From the NCBI RefSeq assembly GCF_000016745.1, contig NC_009483.1, positions 5,104,365-5,136,364 of the forward strand: 32,000 nt of DNA. Direction: 5' to 3'. Of the stretch, positions 1 to 9,364 are shown piece after piece. The position numbers were made by a program, and so were the translations under genes. This DNA comes from Geotalea uraniireducens Rf4 (GTDB lineage Bacteria > Desulfobacterota > Desulfuromonadia > Geobacterales > Geobacteraceae). Within the stretch, counting starts at the first letter, position 1, and each line of letters starts with the position of its first letter. The notes below the pieces were generated by a model. That model did no database searches and was not told the origin of the DNA. It was given only the letters and a program-made list of their open reading frames with translations.

Positions 1-341
1 ATCTGGGAAAGGGCGCCGGGCGAGACGAGACGCTTGAGGATCGCCCATGCAGCCGCCACATGCGGGCATTGCCGCACTGGAGCCCAGCCACGGCAGCTGC
101 ACTCGGTTTCCAGTCGTTCCCCGGCAACGGCAAGGGTAAGCCGGTGGCGCGCGTACAGGTCTATGGTCAGAGATGTCCCGTCGGCGCTCCATTCAGCTCC
201 CGTGATGGGGGAGCGCAGGCATTCGAGGGCGCCTTCGAGCAGGTTACTCTTGTCGACCAGGCTATAAAGCGCCCCCGGCGGGGTGTTGCGCAACAAGGCA
301 AGGACGGGCGGCAGCTCGGGTGGAGAAGAATTGGAGGTCAT
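1..341 (-). CDS. SWIM zinc-finger domain protein, N-terminal fragment (ORF runs off the left edge)
   Basis: Absent from the ORF track because it is open at the window edge. Hand translation of the minus strand from ATG 341..339 gives MTSNSSPPELPPVLALLRNTPPGALYSLVDKSNLLEGALECLRSPITGAEWSADGTSLTIDLYARHRLTLAVAGERLETECSCRGWAPVRQCPHVAAAWAILKRLVSPGALSQ. It contains CxC-x8-CxH (CSCRGWAPVRQCPH), the SWIM signature. An in-frame stop at 351-353 fixes the start. Confidence 0.65.
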   Translation of the reverse strand, partial: MTSNSSPPELPPVLALLRNTPPGALYSLVDKSNLLEGALECLRSPITGAEWSADGTSLTIDLYARHRLTLAVAGERLETECSCRGWAPVRQCPHVAAAWAILKRLVSPGALSQ

Positions 342-458
342 GGTCTCGTACTATCCGTCATGAGGGTGAGAAAATCCGTCCATAATAAAAAGGGTATGGG
401 AGTAGGTCAATCAAAATAATGGTTGACCCGGCGAGACCCGGCGGGTTTTAATACGACG

Positions 459-1376
459 ATGAACGACAAAATCGACAATTCTCCTGTTTCAAACGGCAAG
501 GCTCTCTTCTGGCTGGTCGTCACCACCGTCCTCTGGGGGGGGAGCTTCGTCTTCAACAAGATCGGCTTTCGAGAGATTCCACCGGTCATGTTTCTCTTCC
601 TGCGTTTTCTTCTCGCGACCATCGTCATGGGCCTGATCTGTATCCCCAGGCTTCGGCAGGTGAACCTGGAGATCATTAAAAAAGGGGGGCTGCTGGGAAT
701 GGCGCTGGCCGCCGCCAATCTCTCCTTTGTCATCGGCGTAAACGGCACGACTGTCACCAGGGCCGGTTTTCTCAACAACCTCTTCGTCCTCATCGTGCCG
801 CTGCTCTGTTTCATTATTTGGCGGGACAAGGTAGACAGGCTGACCTTTGCCGGAATTTTTCTGGCAGCGTTCGGCATCGGAGGGCTGGCCAGCGGCGGCG
901 GATTCAGCCACGGCGACCTGTATTCCACCATCTGCGCCCTTTTTATCGCTATCCACATCATCGCCGTCTCCAGGCTTTTGCGCAGCGGAGATGTCTATCT
1001 GGTCACGCTGTCCCAATTTGCCACCGTAACCGCCATCGGCGGCATCCTCACCGTCATCCTGCCGGAGCAGCCGTTTCACATCGGCCCGGTTTCCGCCGGC
1101 GCGCTCCTCTACTGCGCCATCTTCCCGACTGTCATCTGCTTCACCCTGCAAAACACCTTTCAGCGTTACACCACGCCGACCCGCGCCGGCCTCATCTATA
1201 CCCTCGATCCGGTCTGGAGCATGCTGGGGGGATTTGTCCTTTTGGGAGAACGGCTGAACACCAGGGAATGGCTCGGCTGCGGGCTGATCTTCGGCGCTGT
1301 CGCCGTGCCGCTGCTGGTGAAACTGTCCATCGAGCGGCGGGCCGTCGGCCACTATCGATCGCAGACCTCGGAATAA
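459..1376 (+). CDS. EamA/DMT-family permease (10-TM drug/metabolite transporter)
   Basis: The ORF 423..1376 is uniformly hydrophobic with two EamA-like halves (LWGGSFVFNK..., ...LGERL...). I prefer ATG 459 (MNDKIDNSP...) over the TTG at 423. It is divergent from the SWIM gene. Confidence 0.85.
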   Translation: MNDKIDNSPVSNGKALFWLVVTTVLWGGSFVFNKIGFREIPPVMFLFLRFLLATIVMGLICIPRLRQVNLEIIKKGGLLGMALAAANLSFVIGVNGTTVTRAGFLNNLFVLIVPLLCFIIWRDKVDRLTFAGIFLAAFGIGGLASGGGFSHGDLYSTICALFIAIHIIAVSRLLRSGDVYLVTLSQFATVTAIGGILTVILPEQPFHIGPVSAGALLYCAIFPTVICFTLQNTFQRYTTPTRAGLIYTLDPVWSMLGGFVLLGERLNTREWLGCGLIFGAVAVPLLVKLSIERRAVGHYRSQTSE

Positions 1377-1431
1377 GGGCCTCTCAAGAAATAAGTGTCG
1401 CAATATGGCGCTCGGATTTGGGTCAGAAGTA

Positions 1432-2454
1432 TCAGAAGCGCCTGCTCAGCGCCAGATGGAACGCAATATCCGGCGATGTATCGACGGCGACGTCCTCGGA
1501 AACGCCGATGTCCAGCGCGGTCCGCTCCGAAAAGGCGATGGTGCCGCCGATCAAAAGCTGCAGCGCGCTGCCGGTCAACTCCCTCAGGTCGCTGTCGCGG
1601 TAGAAGGGGGTATGGCCGGAGAGCTGCGTCTTAAAGGCAATGACCTCCGCCGGACTCCAGCCGATGCCGAGGGTGCCGAACCCAACGACGTTCCTCTGTT
1701 GCCCCTTCAGCACGTCGCCGTCGCTCATGCCCATCCCGCCGACCGCGCCGAACAGGCCCAGATGGCCGCCCGACGGCAAGCCATAGTCGTCGCTCCCCGT
1801 CAGCCAGAGGGCAAAATCGGTGCTGCCGCTGCCGTGAAGCCTGGCGCTCTCGCCGGTGGGGAATTTCAGGCTGGCGCGCAACGCGAGCGCCCGCGGGTTC
1901 TTCTTCCCATCGTCATACAGCTGAAAACCTCCGGAAAGGCGCAGGTCCCCTACCCCGAAGCTGGAATCGTCTATCCGCAACCGCTCCTGTCCGTTTTTGC
2001 TGTAATCATAAAGAAGCCGGTTACGCGGCGCCTCTTTCCTCCCCCCCTGCGGCAGGGCAAAAAAGTCATGCCACCCTTCGATGAATCCGTCCAGGAAACC
2101 ACCTCCCTGGCCCACCAACGGGAGATCGATCCCACCCTCAATCCCTTTCCCGATGCCGTAACGAAAGGCAAGGGTGGTACGGTAGCTCTCGCCGTCCAGC
2201 AGGATGGCTTCCCCTGTCAGGCCGTTGCTGCCTTGGGCGAAATTATTCGCCACATCAAGGACCAGCACCCCTGCTCCATGTCCGGGAGGCAGGACAATGG
2301 CGCTGCCTGCGGCGGGAAGACCGAAAATCTGCACCAGCGGGCTCTGGTTCTGGGTGTAGAAGGGGGTTATTTCTGCGGCAGATAGCGGTCGCTCAGAAAG
2401 GGGCAGTATGCCGAGCATGGCGAGAAACGGGAAGATGATCTTGTTGATTTTCAT
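1432..2454 (-). CDS. Outer-membrane beta-barrel protein, DUF3187-like
   Basis: ORF 1432..2544; I prefer ATG 2454 (MKINKIIFPFLAMLGILPLSERPLSA/AE), which gives a Sec signal peptide. The protein has alternating beta-strand-like sequence and a C-terminal ...LALSRRF (terminal Phe OMP beta-signal). The N-terminal FYTQNQSPL motif is as I recall for DUF3187. The upstream extension would read through a 12-bp hairpin. Confidence 0.7.
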   Translation of the reverse strand: MKINKIIFPFLAMLGILPLSERPLSAAEITPFYTQNQSPLVQIFGLPAAGSAIVLPPGHGAGVLVLDVANNFAQGSNGLTGEAILLDGESYRTTLAFRYGIGKGIEGGIDLPLVGQGGGFLDGFIEGWHDFFALPQGGRKEAPRNRLLYDYSKNGQERLRIDDSSFGVGDLRLSGGFQLYDDGKKNPRALALRASLKFPTGESARLHGSGSTDFALWLTGSDDYGLPSGGHLGLFGAVGGMGMSDGDVLKGQQRNVVGFGTLGIGWSPAEVIAFKTQLSGHTPFYRDSDLRELTGSALQLLIGGTIAFSERTALDIGVSEDVAVDTSPDIAFHLALSRRF

Positions 2455-2486
2455 GGCAAGGTTCCGTGCTGGTCGTTGGCTGTAAA

Positions 2487-2520
2487 TCAAGAGCCCTGAA
2501 GTTTCCAACAGGGCTCTTGA
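2487..2520 (-). terminator. Hairpin between the two OMP genes (possible terminator/attenuator)
   Basis: tcaagagccctg (2487-2498) pairs with cagggctcttga (2509-2520): a perfect 12-bp stem with a 10-nt loop. On the minus strand it is followed by TTTACAG. It lies 40 nt after the stop at 2560 and 33 nt before the start at 2454. Confidence 0.5.
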
Positions 2521-2559
2521 TGAGAGGAGCATAGTTCCAAGCATGCCAAAAAATTGTCT

Positions 2560-4089
2560 TTAAAACAAGAAATTAAACTGGGCCTGTACCCGCGCCTCCT
2601 GGGGATATGTCTTTCCCTCGTATAGCGCCGTATCCAGTGAATAGGCGCCATCGATGTCCATGTTGAACCACTTGGTGCCGAAGGTCAGGCCTGCCGTGGC
2701 GGTGGGGCCGATCCCGCCGTCCGCAATGTTGCTGTACATGCCGCCGCGCAGCTTGAACCAGGATAGCCCGTGCCATTCGAAGCCGCCGCCGACGGTGCGG
2801 TTCTTGAACCCTTCCGCCGCCACCACGGTCTCGTTCTCCGTCAGGTCGAGGTCCGCGGCCAGGGTGAGCCACTTGTAGGGGTCAAACGACACCCCCATCC
2901 GTACCTGCGGTTTCAGTCTCACCTTGCCGCCGGAACCGACCAGGACATCGCCTTTTTTGTTTTTGATATCAGGGGCATCGAATTCGGGAGTATTCAGGTT
3001 CTTGGCGACGATGCCCACATTGAACCAGTCGCTGTAGCGCCAGAGAGCACCCAGGTCAAAGCCGAAGTTGGTGGAGTCCTTGAAATTCTTGGTCAGCTCT
3101 TTGGTGATGTCGCTCGACGTGACTGTCGATCCGCTTTTCATGAGGTAGGTCTGCGACTGGTAGACACGGCCGGCGATCACCTTGGCCGTGGCGCCGAGTC
3201 CCAGGGTACCGAAGGAGCCGAGGTTGAACGCATGTCCGTAGGAGAGGGGGAACTCGATATATGCCAGGCTACGGGTCAGGACCGAGGTGGTGTTGTTGTC
3301 CAAAGTAGGTGCTTTTGTGGGATCAGAAGGAGGTGGGGCCGTGAACGTTGTCGCCATGCTGATTAAGGTGCTGGCAACCTGCTGGGGGGACATACCGGAG
3401 CCTGTCATCTGGGCATCGGTGGCGTTGACGAGACCATTTGCCTCAGTTGCGGTAAAGCCGTTACTTGTCAAAGCAGAGTTGATTTGTCCACGGAGCGATG
3501 TCGGCCCCGTATCGGCCCCGAAAAATTGCGTCGAAGGGGCCGCCCCTATGGTCGGCGCGGCGAATTCGGCAGGGGTAACCTGGACGTTGGTATTATCCTG
3601 TTGCGGCAAGATGTTGACCGTGTCCGGCTCCGGCTGGGCAAACCCTTCAATCGTCCCGAATGCGCCGAACGCAACGTGGTTGATCTGAAAACCGAACACC
3701 GCGTTGCCGTTGACAGCCAGGGTACCTTTTTTCTCCTTGATGTCGTTGAGAATCGTGATCGCCTTGACCGTGTCGGTCACGTCCTGCGGCGAGGAAGTCC
3801 CGGAGATTTTGCTGAATTTGTCGAAATTCATATTGCCGAGCAGGTCGACGTTGTCGGCAAGACCGTCATTGACCTTCAGGCCGACGCTGACGTCGATTCT
3901 GCTGGTAAAGGACTTGTCGCTGAAGGCGAGCCCGGCCGGGTTCCAGTATGGAGCGTAGGCGTCATAGGTCCGCGCCACCCCCGCCCCGCCGATCCCCAGC
4001 GTGCCCATGGGCTGAAATTCCGCCCCCATCGCCGTGCCGGTCGCGGCAACCATGAAAAGAGACAAAAACATACAGATATTGCGCTTCAT
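2560..4089 (-). CDS. Outer-membrane beta-barrel protein, FadL/TodX- or TraF-like
   Basis: ORF 2560..4173; I prefer ATG 4089 (MKRNICMFLSLFMVAATGTAMG/AE) with SD GGGAGGG upstream. The mature N-terminus GTLGIGGAGVARTYDAYAPYWNPAGLAF resembles the FadL/TraF_2 N-terminal NPAG(L) motif. The C-terminus is ...AQFNFLF (terminal Phe). Confidence 0.7.
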   Translation of the reverse strand: MKRNICMFLSLFMVAATGTAMGAEFQPMGTLGIGGAGVARTYDAYAPYWNPAGLAFSDKSFTSRIDVSVGLKVNDGLADNVDLLGNMNFDKFSKISGTSSPQDVTDTVKAITILNDIKEKKGTLAVNGNAVFGFQINHVAFGAFGTIEGFAQPEPDTVNILPQQDNTNVQVTPAEFAAPTIGAAPSTQFFGADTGPTSLRGQINSALTSNGFTATEANGLVNATDAQMTGSGMSPQQVASTLISMATTFTAPPPSDPTKAPTLDNNTTSVLTRSLAYIEFPLSYGHAFNLGSFGTLGLGATAKVIAGRVYQSQTYLMKSGSTVTSSDITKELTKNFKDSTNFGFDLGALWRYSDWFNVGIVAKNLNTPEFDAPDIKNKKGDVLVGSGGKVRLKPQVRMGVSFDPYKWLTLAADLDLTENETVVAAEGFKNRTVGGGFEWHGLSWFKLRGGMYSNIADGGIGPTATAGLTFGTKWFNMDIDGAYSLDTALYEGKTYPQEARVQAQFNFLF

Positions 4090-4325
4090 TACACCCTCCC
4101 AATTGATCCTTTTGGTTACTTCATGCCAAGGAAATCGTCTCCATCCTATCTTAATGAGAGCCATTCTTGCCACAAAAAAACAACCGCAATTTTAATCTTG
4201 CCCATTATGAGCGACGTTCATTCTATAATCGGCGCATACGATAATAAACTTGAATTCGCCCGTTAATCTGCGATATCCTTCCCGTTGCACACTATAAATA
4301 CAGCCGGTCGTGGAGATGCATTTTC

Positions 4326-6782
4326 ATGGAAATTTACAAGGGGCGATCAAACCCCGATCGCAGAATTAAAAATAATACCGGCAATAAGCTAGGCAGGACC
4401 CTGCTTGTTGCGGGAGGAGTGACCGGAGTCCTCGCCCTCCTCGCCTTCATCGGCTATTTTTTCTATCTTCTCGGCACCCTGCCGAAGGTGGACCGGCTGG
4501 CCGATTACAGGCCGCCGATCGTTTCCCAGGTTTTCGGCGAAGACGGTAACCTGGTCGGCGAGTTTTATCTGGAGCGCCGCACCGTCGTCCCGGTGGACAA
4601 AGTGCCGAAGAAGCTGATCGAGGCCTTCGTTGCTGCCGAGGACTCGAACTTCTACCAGCACAAGGGGATCGACTATCTGGGAATCATCAGGGCCGCGTTT
4701 AAAAACCTCATCTCCATGCGCAAGAAGGAAGGGGCCTCCACCATCACCCAGCAGGTGGCAAAATCCATGCTCCTTACCCCGGAAAAGAAATTTTCCCGCA
4801 AACTGAAGGAAGCCATTCTCGCCAAACGGATGGAGGAACGGCTGTCGAAGGATGAAATCCTCTACATCTACCTCAACCAGATCTATCTAGGCGCCGGGTC
4901 TTACGGCGTCCAGCTCGCTGCCGAGACCTATTTCGCCAAGAATGTGGAAAGCCTGAATCTTGCGGAAATGGCCATGCTTGCCGGGCTTCCCAAGGCGCCG
5001 AACACCTATTCGCCGATCAAGCACCTGGAAAAGGCCAAAGAACGGCAGAGTTACGTGTTGGAGAGGATGGTCAAGGAAGGGTATATCACCCAGGCCGAGG
5101 CGGACCACGCCAAAAACACGCCGATCGTCGTCCGTTCCCTGAAAAAGGTCAACAGCGAACAGTCTGCCTATTTCCTCGAACAGGTACGCATCCAGCTGGA
5201 GGAAAAATACGGAGAGGACCGCCTCTACAAGGAAGGGCTGAGGATCTACACCACCATGAACGCCGAGATGCAGAAGGCTGCCTATGAAGGGGTTGTCAAC
5301 GGCCTCAAGGCCTTGGACAAGCGGCAGGGGTTCCGTGGCCCCGTCAAGTATCTGGCAGAGAGCGAGGTGGGTGAATTCTGCAAACATGTTGAGGACAGCA
5401 TCGATTCGGCGGCCCTGAAGCAGGGCGCAACGTTCCAGGGGGTGGTGACGGCGGTAAATTCTGCCAAAGGTGACGTGACGGTTAGAGTCGGCGACAGAAC
5501 CGGGATTCTAAACCGGAAAAACATGGCCTGGGCGGGAAAAGTAACCCTGCTGGACACATACGGAAAACCAGAGGGAGCCAAAGGTAAGGCCCTGCCGTTG
5601 GGAAGCGTGATCGAGGTTTCGGTGGTCACTCCTGACGTGAACAAGTCCGGCGCGCTCTTTGCCCTTGACCAGGAACCGGAAGCCCAGGCGGCCCTGTTTG
5701 CCATGGACCCTAAAACCGGCGGAGTACGCGCAATGGTAGGTGGTTACGATTTCAAGAAAAGCCAGTTCAACCGTGCCATGCAGGCCAAGCGTAACCCCGG
5801 TTCAGCGTTCAAACCGATTATTTATGCGGCGGCCGTAGACAAAGGGATGACACCGGCTACCATAATCGACGATGCGCCGGTGGAGTACGACAGCGGAAGG
5901 GAAAAGTCCTGGAAGCCGAAAAACTACGACAACATCTACCGCGGCGCAGTTACCATGCGCGAAGCCCTGACCAACTCCATAAACGTGGTCAGCATCAAGA
6001 TCCTTGAAAGCACCGGAGTGAACACCGCCATTGAATATGCCAAGAAACTTGGGATAACCTCTCCCCTTGCCAACAACCTGACCCTGGCCCTCGGCTCCTC
6101 CAGCCTCACCCCCATGGAACTGACCAGCGCCTATGCGGTATTTGCCTCCGGCGGCTACAAGGTCACGCCTTATTTCATAACCAAGGTGGTCGACAGTAAA
6201 GGAAAGGTTCTGGAAGAGATCGCTCCCCCCGCGCTGCCGGTCTTCTCTGCGGCGACCTCGGCGGTGACATTGTCCATGGACGAAGAAAGGAATGCTCCGG
6301 CTGCCGGCACCACTCTGACGGCTGTACCGGCCATCTCGCCCGAGACCTCCTATATCATGACCAACCTGATGGAAAGCGTCGTATCGAGCGGTACCGGGCA
6401 GCGGGCCAGGGCTTTGGGCCGTCCCGTGGCAGGAAAAACCGGCACTACCAACGATATGAAGGACGCCTGGTTTATCGGCTACGTGCCGCAACTGGTTGCG
6501 GGCGTATGGGTCGGTTATGACCAGGAACGCTCGCTTGGAGCCGGCGGTTCGGGCGGGCAAGCCGCAGCCCCGATCTGGACCGAATTCATGCAGCGCTCCC
6601 TGGGGGGCATGCCGGTTCAGAATTTCCCCGTGCCGGCCAACGTGACCTTTGCCCTTATTAATCCGCGAACCGGCCGCTTGGCAAAGGAGGGGAGCGAAGG
6701 AAGCGTGACCGAATGTTTCATAACCGGTACTGAACCGACGACCTATGACGGAGATGCCGTCAAAACCGGCAGCGACGAGTAA
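4326..6782 (+). CDS. mrcA: Class A penicillin-binding protein 1A (glycosyltransferase + transpeptidase)
   Basis: 818 aa with an N-terminal TM anchor. GT51 motifs are EDSNFYQHKGID, GASTITQQ and RKLKEAILA. Transpeptidase motifs are SAFKP (SxxK), SINV (SxN) and KTGTT. Confidence 0.95.
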   Translation: MEIYKGRSNPDRRIKNNTGNKLGRTLLVAGGVTGVLALLAFIGYFFYLLGTLPKVDRLADYRPPIVSQVFGEDGNLVGEFYLERRTVVPVDKVPKKLIEAFVAAEDSNFYQHKGIDYLGIIRAAFKNLISMRKKEGASTITQQVAKSMLLTPEKKFSRKLKEAILAKRMEERLSKDEILYIYLNQIYLGAGSYGVQLAAETYFAKNVESLNLAEMAMLAGLPKAPNTYSPIKHLEKAKERQSYVLERMVKEGYITQAEADHAKNTPIVVRSLKKVNSEQSAYFLEQVRIQLEEKYGEDRLYKEGLRIYTTMNAEMQKAAYEGVVNGLKALDKRQGFRGPVKYLAESEVGEFCKHVEDSIDSAALKQGATFQGVVTAVNSAKGDVTVRVGDRTGILNRKNMAWAGKVTLLDTYGKPEGAKGKALPLGSVIEVSVVTPDVNKSGALFALDQEPEAQAALFAMDPKTGGVRAMVGGYDFKKSQFNRAMQAKRNPGSAFKPIIYAAAVDKGMTPATIIDDAPVEYDSGREKSWKPKNYDNIYRGAVTMREALTNSINVVSIKILESTGVNTAIEYAKKLGITSPLANNLTLALGSSSLTPMELTSAYAVFASGGYKVTPYFITKVVDSKGKVLEEIAPPALPVFSAATSAVTLSMDEERNAPAAGTTLTAVPAISPETSYIMTNLMESVVSSGTGQRARALGRPVAGKTGTTNDMKDAWFIGYVPQLVAGVWVGYDQERSLGAGGSGGQAAAPIWTEFMQRSLGGMPVQNFPVPANVTFALINPRTGRLAKEGSEGSVTECFITGTEPTTYDGDAVKTGSDE

Positions 6783-6960
6783 TATTAGCCCCGCTTAACC
6801 GCGCAACATATTGATATTTCTAGATTTTTGCGAAGCCCCATAAACCGTGCGTCCGCAAAAAGCGGTAGGTGTAATCCTTTGCTGGACCTTGTAATAGGGA
6901 GACCAATCGGGCTAAATCTGCTCCCAGCTGTAAAAAAAAAGTTTTTTTTCAAATAAACCC

Positions 6961-6988
6961 TTGCAAACTGCAAATTTATGACTATAGT
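6961..6988 (+). promoter_or_regulatory. Sigma70-type promoter for hup
   Basis: TTGCAA (6961-6966), 16-nt spacer, TATAGT (6983-6988). It is preceded by an A9-G-T8 tract (6932-6949) that could act as an UP element. SD AAAGGAGGG lies at 7008-7016 before ATG 7022. Confidence 0.55.
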
Positions 6989-7021
6989 ATTTGCAATTAT
7001 CACTCTAAAGGAGGGTTTATC

Positions 7022-7306
7022 ATGACTAAAGCAGAACTCGTAGAAGCAGTTGCAAAATCCGCCAGTCTGACCAAAGGCGCAGCGGAAAAAGCTGTAGGCG
7101 CTTTCATTTCGACTGTGAGCGGCGCACTGAAAAAAGGCGACAGGGTTACCTTGGTCGGCTTCGGCAGCTTTGAAGTTGCCAGCAGAAAAGCCCGTACCGG
7201 CAGAAATCCCCAGACCGGAAAAGAAATCAAAATAGCTGCTGCCAAGGTTCCCAAGTTCCGTCCTGGCAAAGCTCTTAAGGATGCCGTAGCCTCCAAGAAG
7301 AAGTAA
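7022..7306 (+). CDS. hup: HU family nucleoid-associated DNA-binding protein
   Basis: 94 aa: [11 protein letters not shown]...[44 protein letters not shown]. The HU/IHF fold signature, including the RNPQTG arm, is present. Confidence 0.95.
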   Translation: MTKAELVEAVAKSASLTKGAAEKAVGAFISTVSGALKKGDRVTLVGFGSFEVASRKARTGRNPQTGKEIKIAAAKVPKFRPGKALKDAVASKKK

Positions 7307-7382
7307 TCCCGGATTGTGATAGATTCACCTTTCCTATAATGCTTGTCTGGTGTTTGTACTTTTTCAGCTAAACCACACAAGA

Positions 7383-7407
7383 ACCCCGCCCCTGCGGGGT
7401 TTTTTTA
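7383..7407 (+). terminator. Intrinsic terminator after hup
   Basis: accccgc (7383-7389), loop ccct, gcggggt (7394-7400), followed by T7. Confidence 0.8.
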
Positions 7408-7571
7408 TTTCTGCACCACTACCCGCCCCCTCCGGTTGACGGCGTCTGCGACTGGAGACATAGGAGAATTAAAGCTCCAGAGATGTTGTTTTAGCAACGC
7501 TTTGTGTTATTATGTCTCCATTGATGAATAGCAGTTTTTCTATCTCCACCGCCACATCAAGGAGTTCCTTC

Positions 7572-7907
7572 ATGTCGAAATCCCTCGTTATCGTGATTAT
7601 CTCCTCTCTCTTCTTAAATTACGGCTGCACCATGTTTAGCGCGTGGAAAACCATTCCGCCACCGGGAGGATGTGACCAGTGCCATACCGTTTCCATCAGC
7701 AACAACTGGCAGGTGGCCTACAAGGCTCCGGTTCTCAGCGATGAACGTAATCGCGAATACTTTCAGACCGAGGGGTATACCATGCCGAAAACCTCCAAAC
7801 CATCATCTGTGCTTGATTTGCGCAAGGTGGAAGAGCTCAGGTGCTTTGAGTGCCACAAATCACCCAACATGGCCCACAAAGAGAGAATGGGACGTTTCCA
7901 CCATTAA
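7572..7907 (+). CDS. Small dihaem c-type cytochrome, probable lipoprotein or signal-anchored
   Basis: ORF 7512..7907; I prefer ATG 7572 with SD AAGGAG 7 nt upstream. The N-terminus MSKSLVIVIISSLFLNYGC is a signal peptide with a non-canonical lipobox-like NYGC. There are two CxxCH motifs (CDQCH, CFECH) in 111 aa. Confidence 0.7.
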   Translation: MSKSLVIVIISSLFLNYGCTMFSAWKTIPPPGGCDQCHTVSISNNWQVAYKAPVLSDERNREYFQTEGYTMPKTSKPSSVLDLRKVEELRCFECHKSPNMAHKERMGRFHH

Positions 7908-7910
7908 TTT

Positions 7911-9353
7911 ATGAATAGACCATTGCGCAAAACAAAGATTATCGCCACTCTCGGGCCGGCCAGCGGATCGCCGGAAATGGTCGGGCGACTCATGGATAGC
8001 GGGGTGGACGTTTTTCGCCTCAATTTTTCCCACGGCTCCCACGAAGAAAAAACCCGCCTTATCGAAACGATCCGCGCCCTGTCTGAACAGAAGGAAAAGA
8101 CCATCGGCATTCTCGCAGATCTGCAAGGGCCGAAAATCAGGACCGGTCGGATGACGGAGGGAGCGATCCCGCTCGTTAGGGGTGAACTGCTCGACATAAC
8201 CACTGACGACATTCTCGGCCGCCCCGGCCTGATATCCACCATCTACCAGGCATTGCCCAAGGACGTGAAACAGGGATCGAGGATTCTGCTCGATGACGGC
8301 ATGATCGAGTTGAAGGTCCTTTCAGTCTCCGGCAACACGGTTCACTGCACGGTTGTCGAAGGTGGCGTGCTGAAGGATCTTAAAGGGATGAATCTTCCCG
8401 GTGTCGACGTTTCCGCCCCTTCCCTGTCGGAAAAGGATAAGGCAGACCTGGATTTTTGCCTCGGGATGGGGGTGGATTATATCGCCCTTTCCTTTGTGCG
8501 CAGAGCTTCTGACGTGGAAAGCCTTAAGGAGATCATCTACAAGCGGGGGGAGAACATCCCGGTAATTGCCAAGATTGAAAAGCCTGAAGCGCTGCGCAAT
8601 TTTAAAAGTATTCTTGCAGCCGCCGATGCTGTAATGGTGGCAAGAGGGGATCTGGGAGTCGAATTGAGCGCCGAGCGGGTTCCACTTGTGCAGAAAAAAA
8701 TCATCCGGGCATGCAATGAAGCCGGCAAACCGGTCATCACCGCCACGCAGATGCTGGAATCGATGATTCTCCACGCCAGGCCGACCAGGGCGGAAACTTC
8801 CGACGTTGCCAACGCCATTCTCGATGGTACGGACGCCGTCATGCTTTCCGGAGAAACCGCTTCCGGCGGTTATCCGGTTGAAGCGGTGCGGACCATGGCC
8901 AAGATTGCGTTGGACATTGAGCGTTCGGAACTATGGCGACTACCGCCGATCAGATCACTGCACAGCAACAATATCCCCGAGGCTGTGGCGGAAGCCGCAT
9001 GTCACGCGGCGTCCACCCTCAAGGCAAAAGCCCTGGTGGTATTCACCCAATCGGGCGGCACGGCTGCCCTGATCTCCAAGTTCCGGCCACAACTACCCAT
9101 CATCGCTTTTACTCCATTTCCAGACATTCAGCGCCGTCTTTCTCTCTTTTGGGGGGTAAACAGCTGTCCGATCGGCTCCATGGGGGGAACGAACCAGCAG
9201 ATCAAAGTTGGAGAAATGGCGCTCCTTGCCGCCGGCTTCAAAAAAGGGGATGTGATCGTCATCACCATGGGGGTGCCGATCGAAGCCAAGGGATCTACCA
9301 ACCTGATGAAGATCCATATACTGGGAACGGAAGGATTTTATCCGCTTTTCTGA
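7911..9353 (+). CDS. pyk: Pyruvate kinase
   Basis: 480 aa: MNRPLRKTKIIATLGPAS...FRLNFSHG...MVARGDLGVE. The ATG lies 3 nt after the cytochrome stop and has no obvious SD of its own. Confidence 0.95.
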   Translation: MNRPLRKTKIIATLGPASGSPEMVGRLMDSGVDVFRLNFSHGSHEEKTRLIETIRALSEQKEKTIGILADLQGPKIRTGRMTEGAIPLVRGELLDITTDDILGRPGLISTIYQALPKDVKQGSRILLDDGMIELKVLSVSGNTVHCTVVEGGVLKDLKGMNLPGVDVSAPSLSEKDKADLDFCLGMGVDYIALSFVRRASDVESLKEIIYKRGENIPVIAKIEKPEALRNFKSILAAADAVMVARGDLGVELSAERVPLVQKKIIRACNEAGKPVITATQMLESMILHARPTRAETSDVANAILDGTDAVMLSGETASGGYPVEAVRTMAKIALDIERSELWRLPPIRSLHSNNIPEAVAEAACHAASTLKAKALVVFTQSGGTAALISKFRPQLPIIAFTPFPDIQRRLSLFWGVNSCPIGSMGGTNQQIKVGEMALLAAGFKKGDVIVITMGVPIEAKGSTNLMKIHILGTEGFYPLF

Positions 9354-9364
9354 AAGGAGGCGCC

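Noticed and set aside
489-2385. Long ORFs antisense to or out of frame with the EamA and DUF3187-like genes (489..1403 -, 818..1603 +, 1405..2385 +)
   Set aside because: Their translations are Arg/Gly/Ala/Pro-rich and low-complexity, which is typical of shadow ORFs in GC-rich coding DNA. The opposite-strand or alternative-frame products have clear membrane or OMP features.
6785-7380. ORFs 6785..7003 (-) and 7000..7380 (-)
   Set aside because: They lie antisense to the hup promoter and hup itself, have no SD, and have implausible composition.
8933-9364. N-terminal 144-codon extension of the OYE ORF
   Set aside because: It overlaps the 3' end of pyk in another frame. A strong SD plus ATG at 9365 gives a canonical OYE N-terminus.
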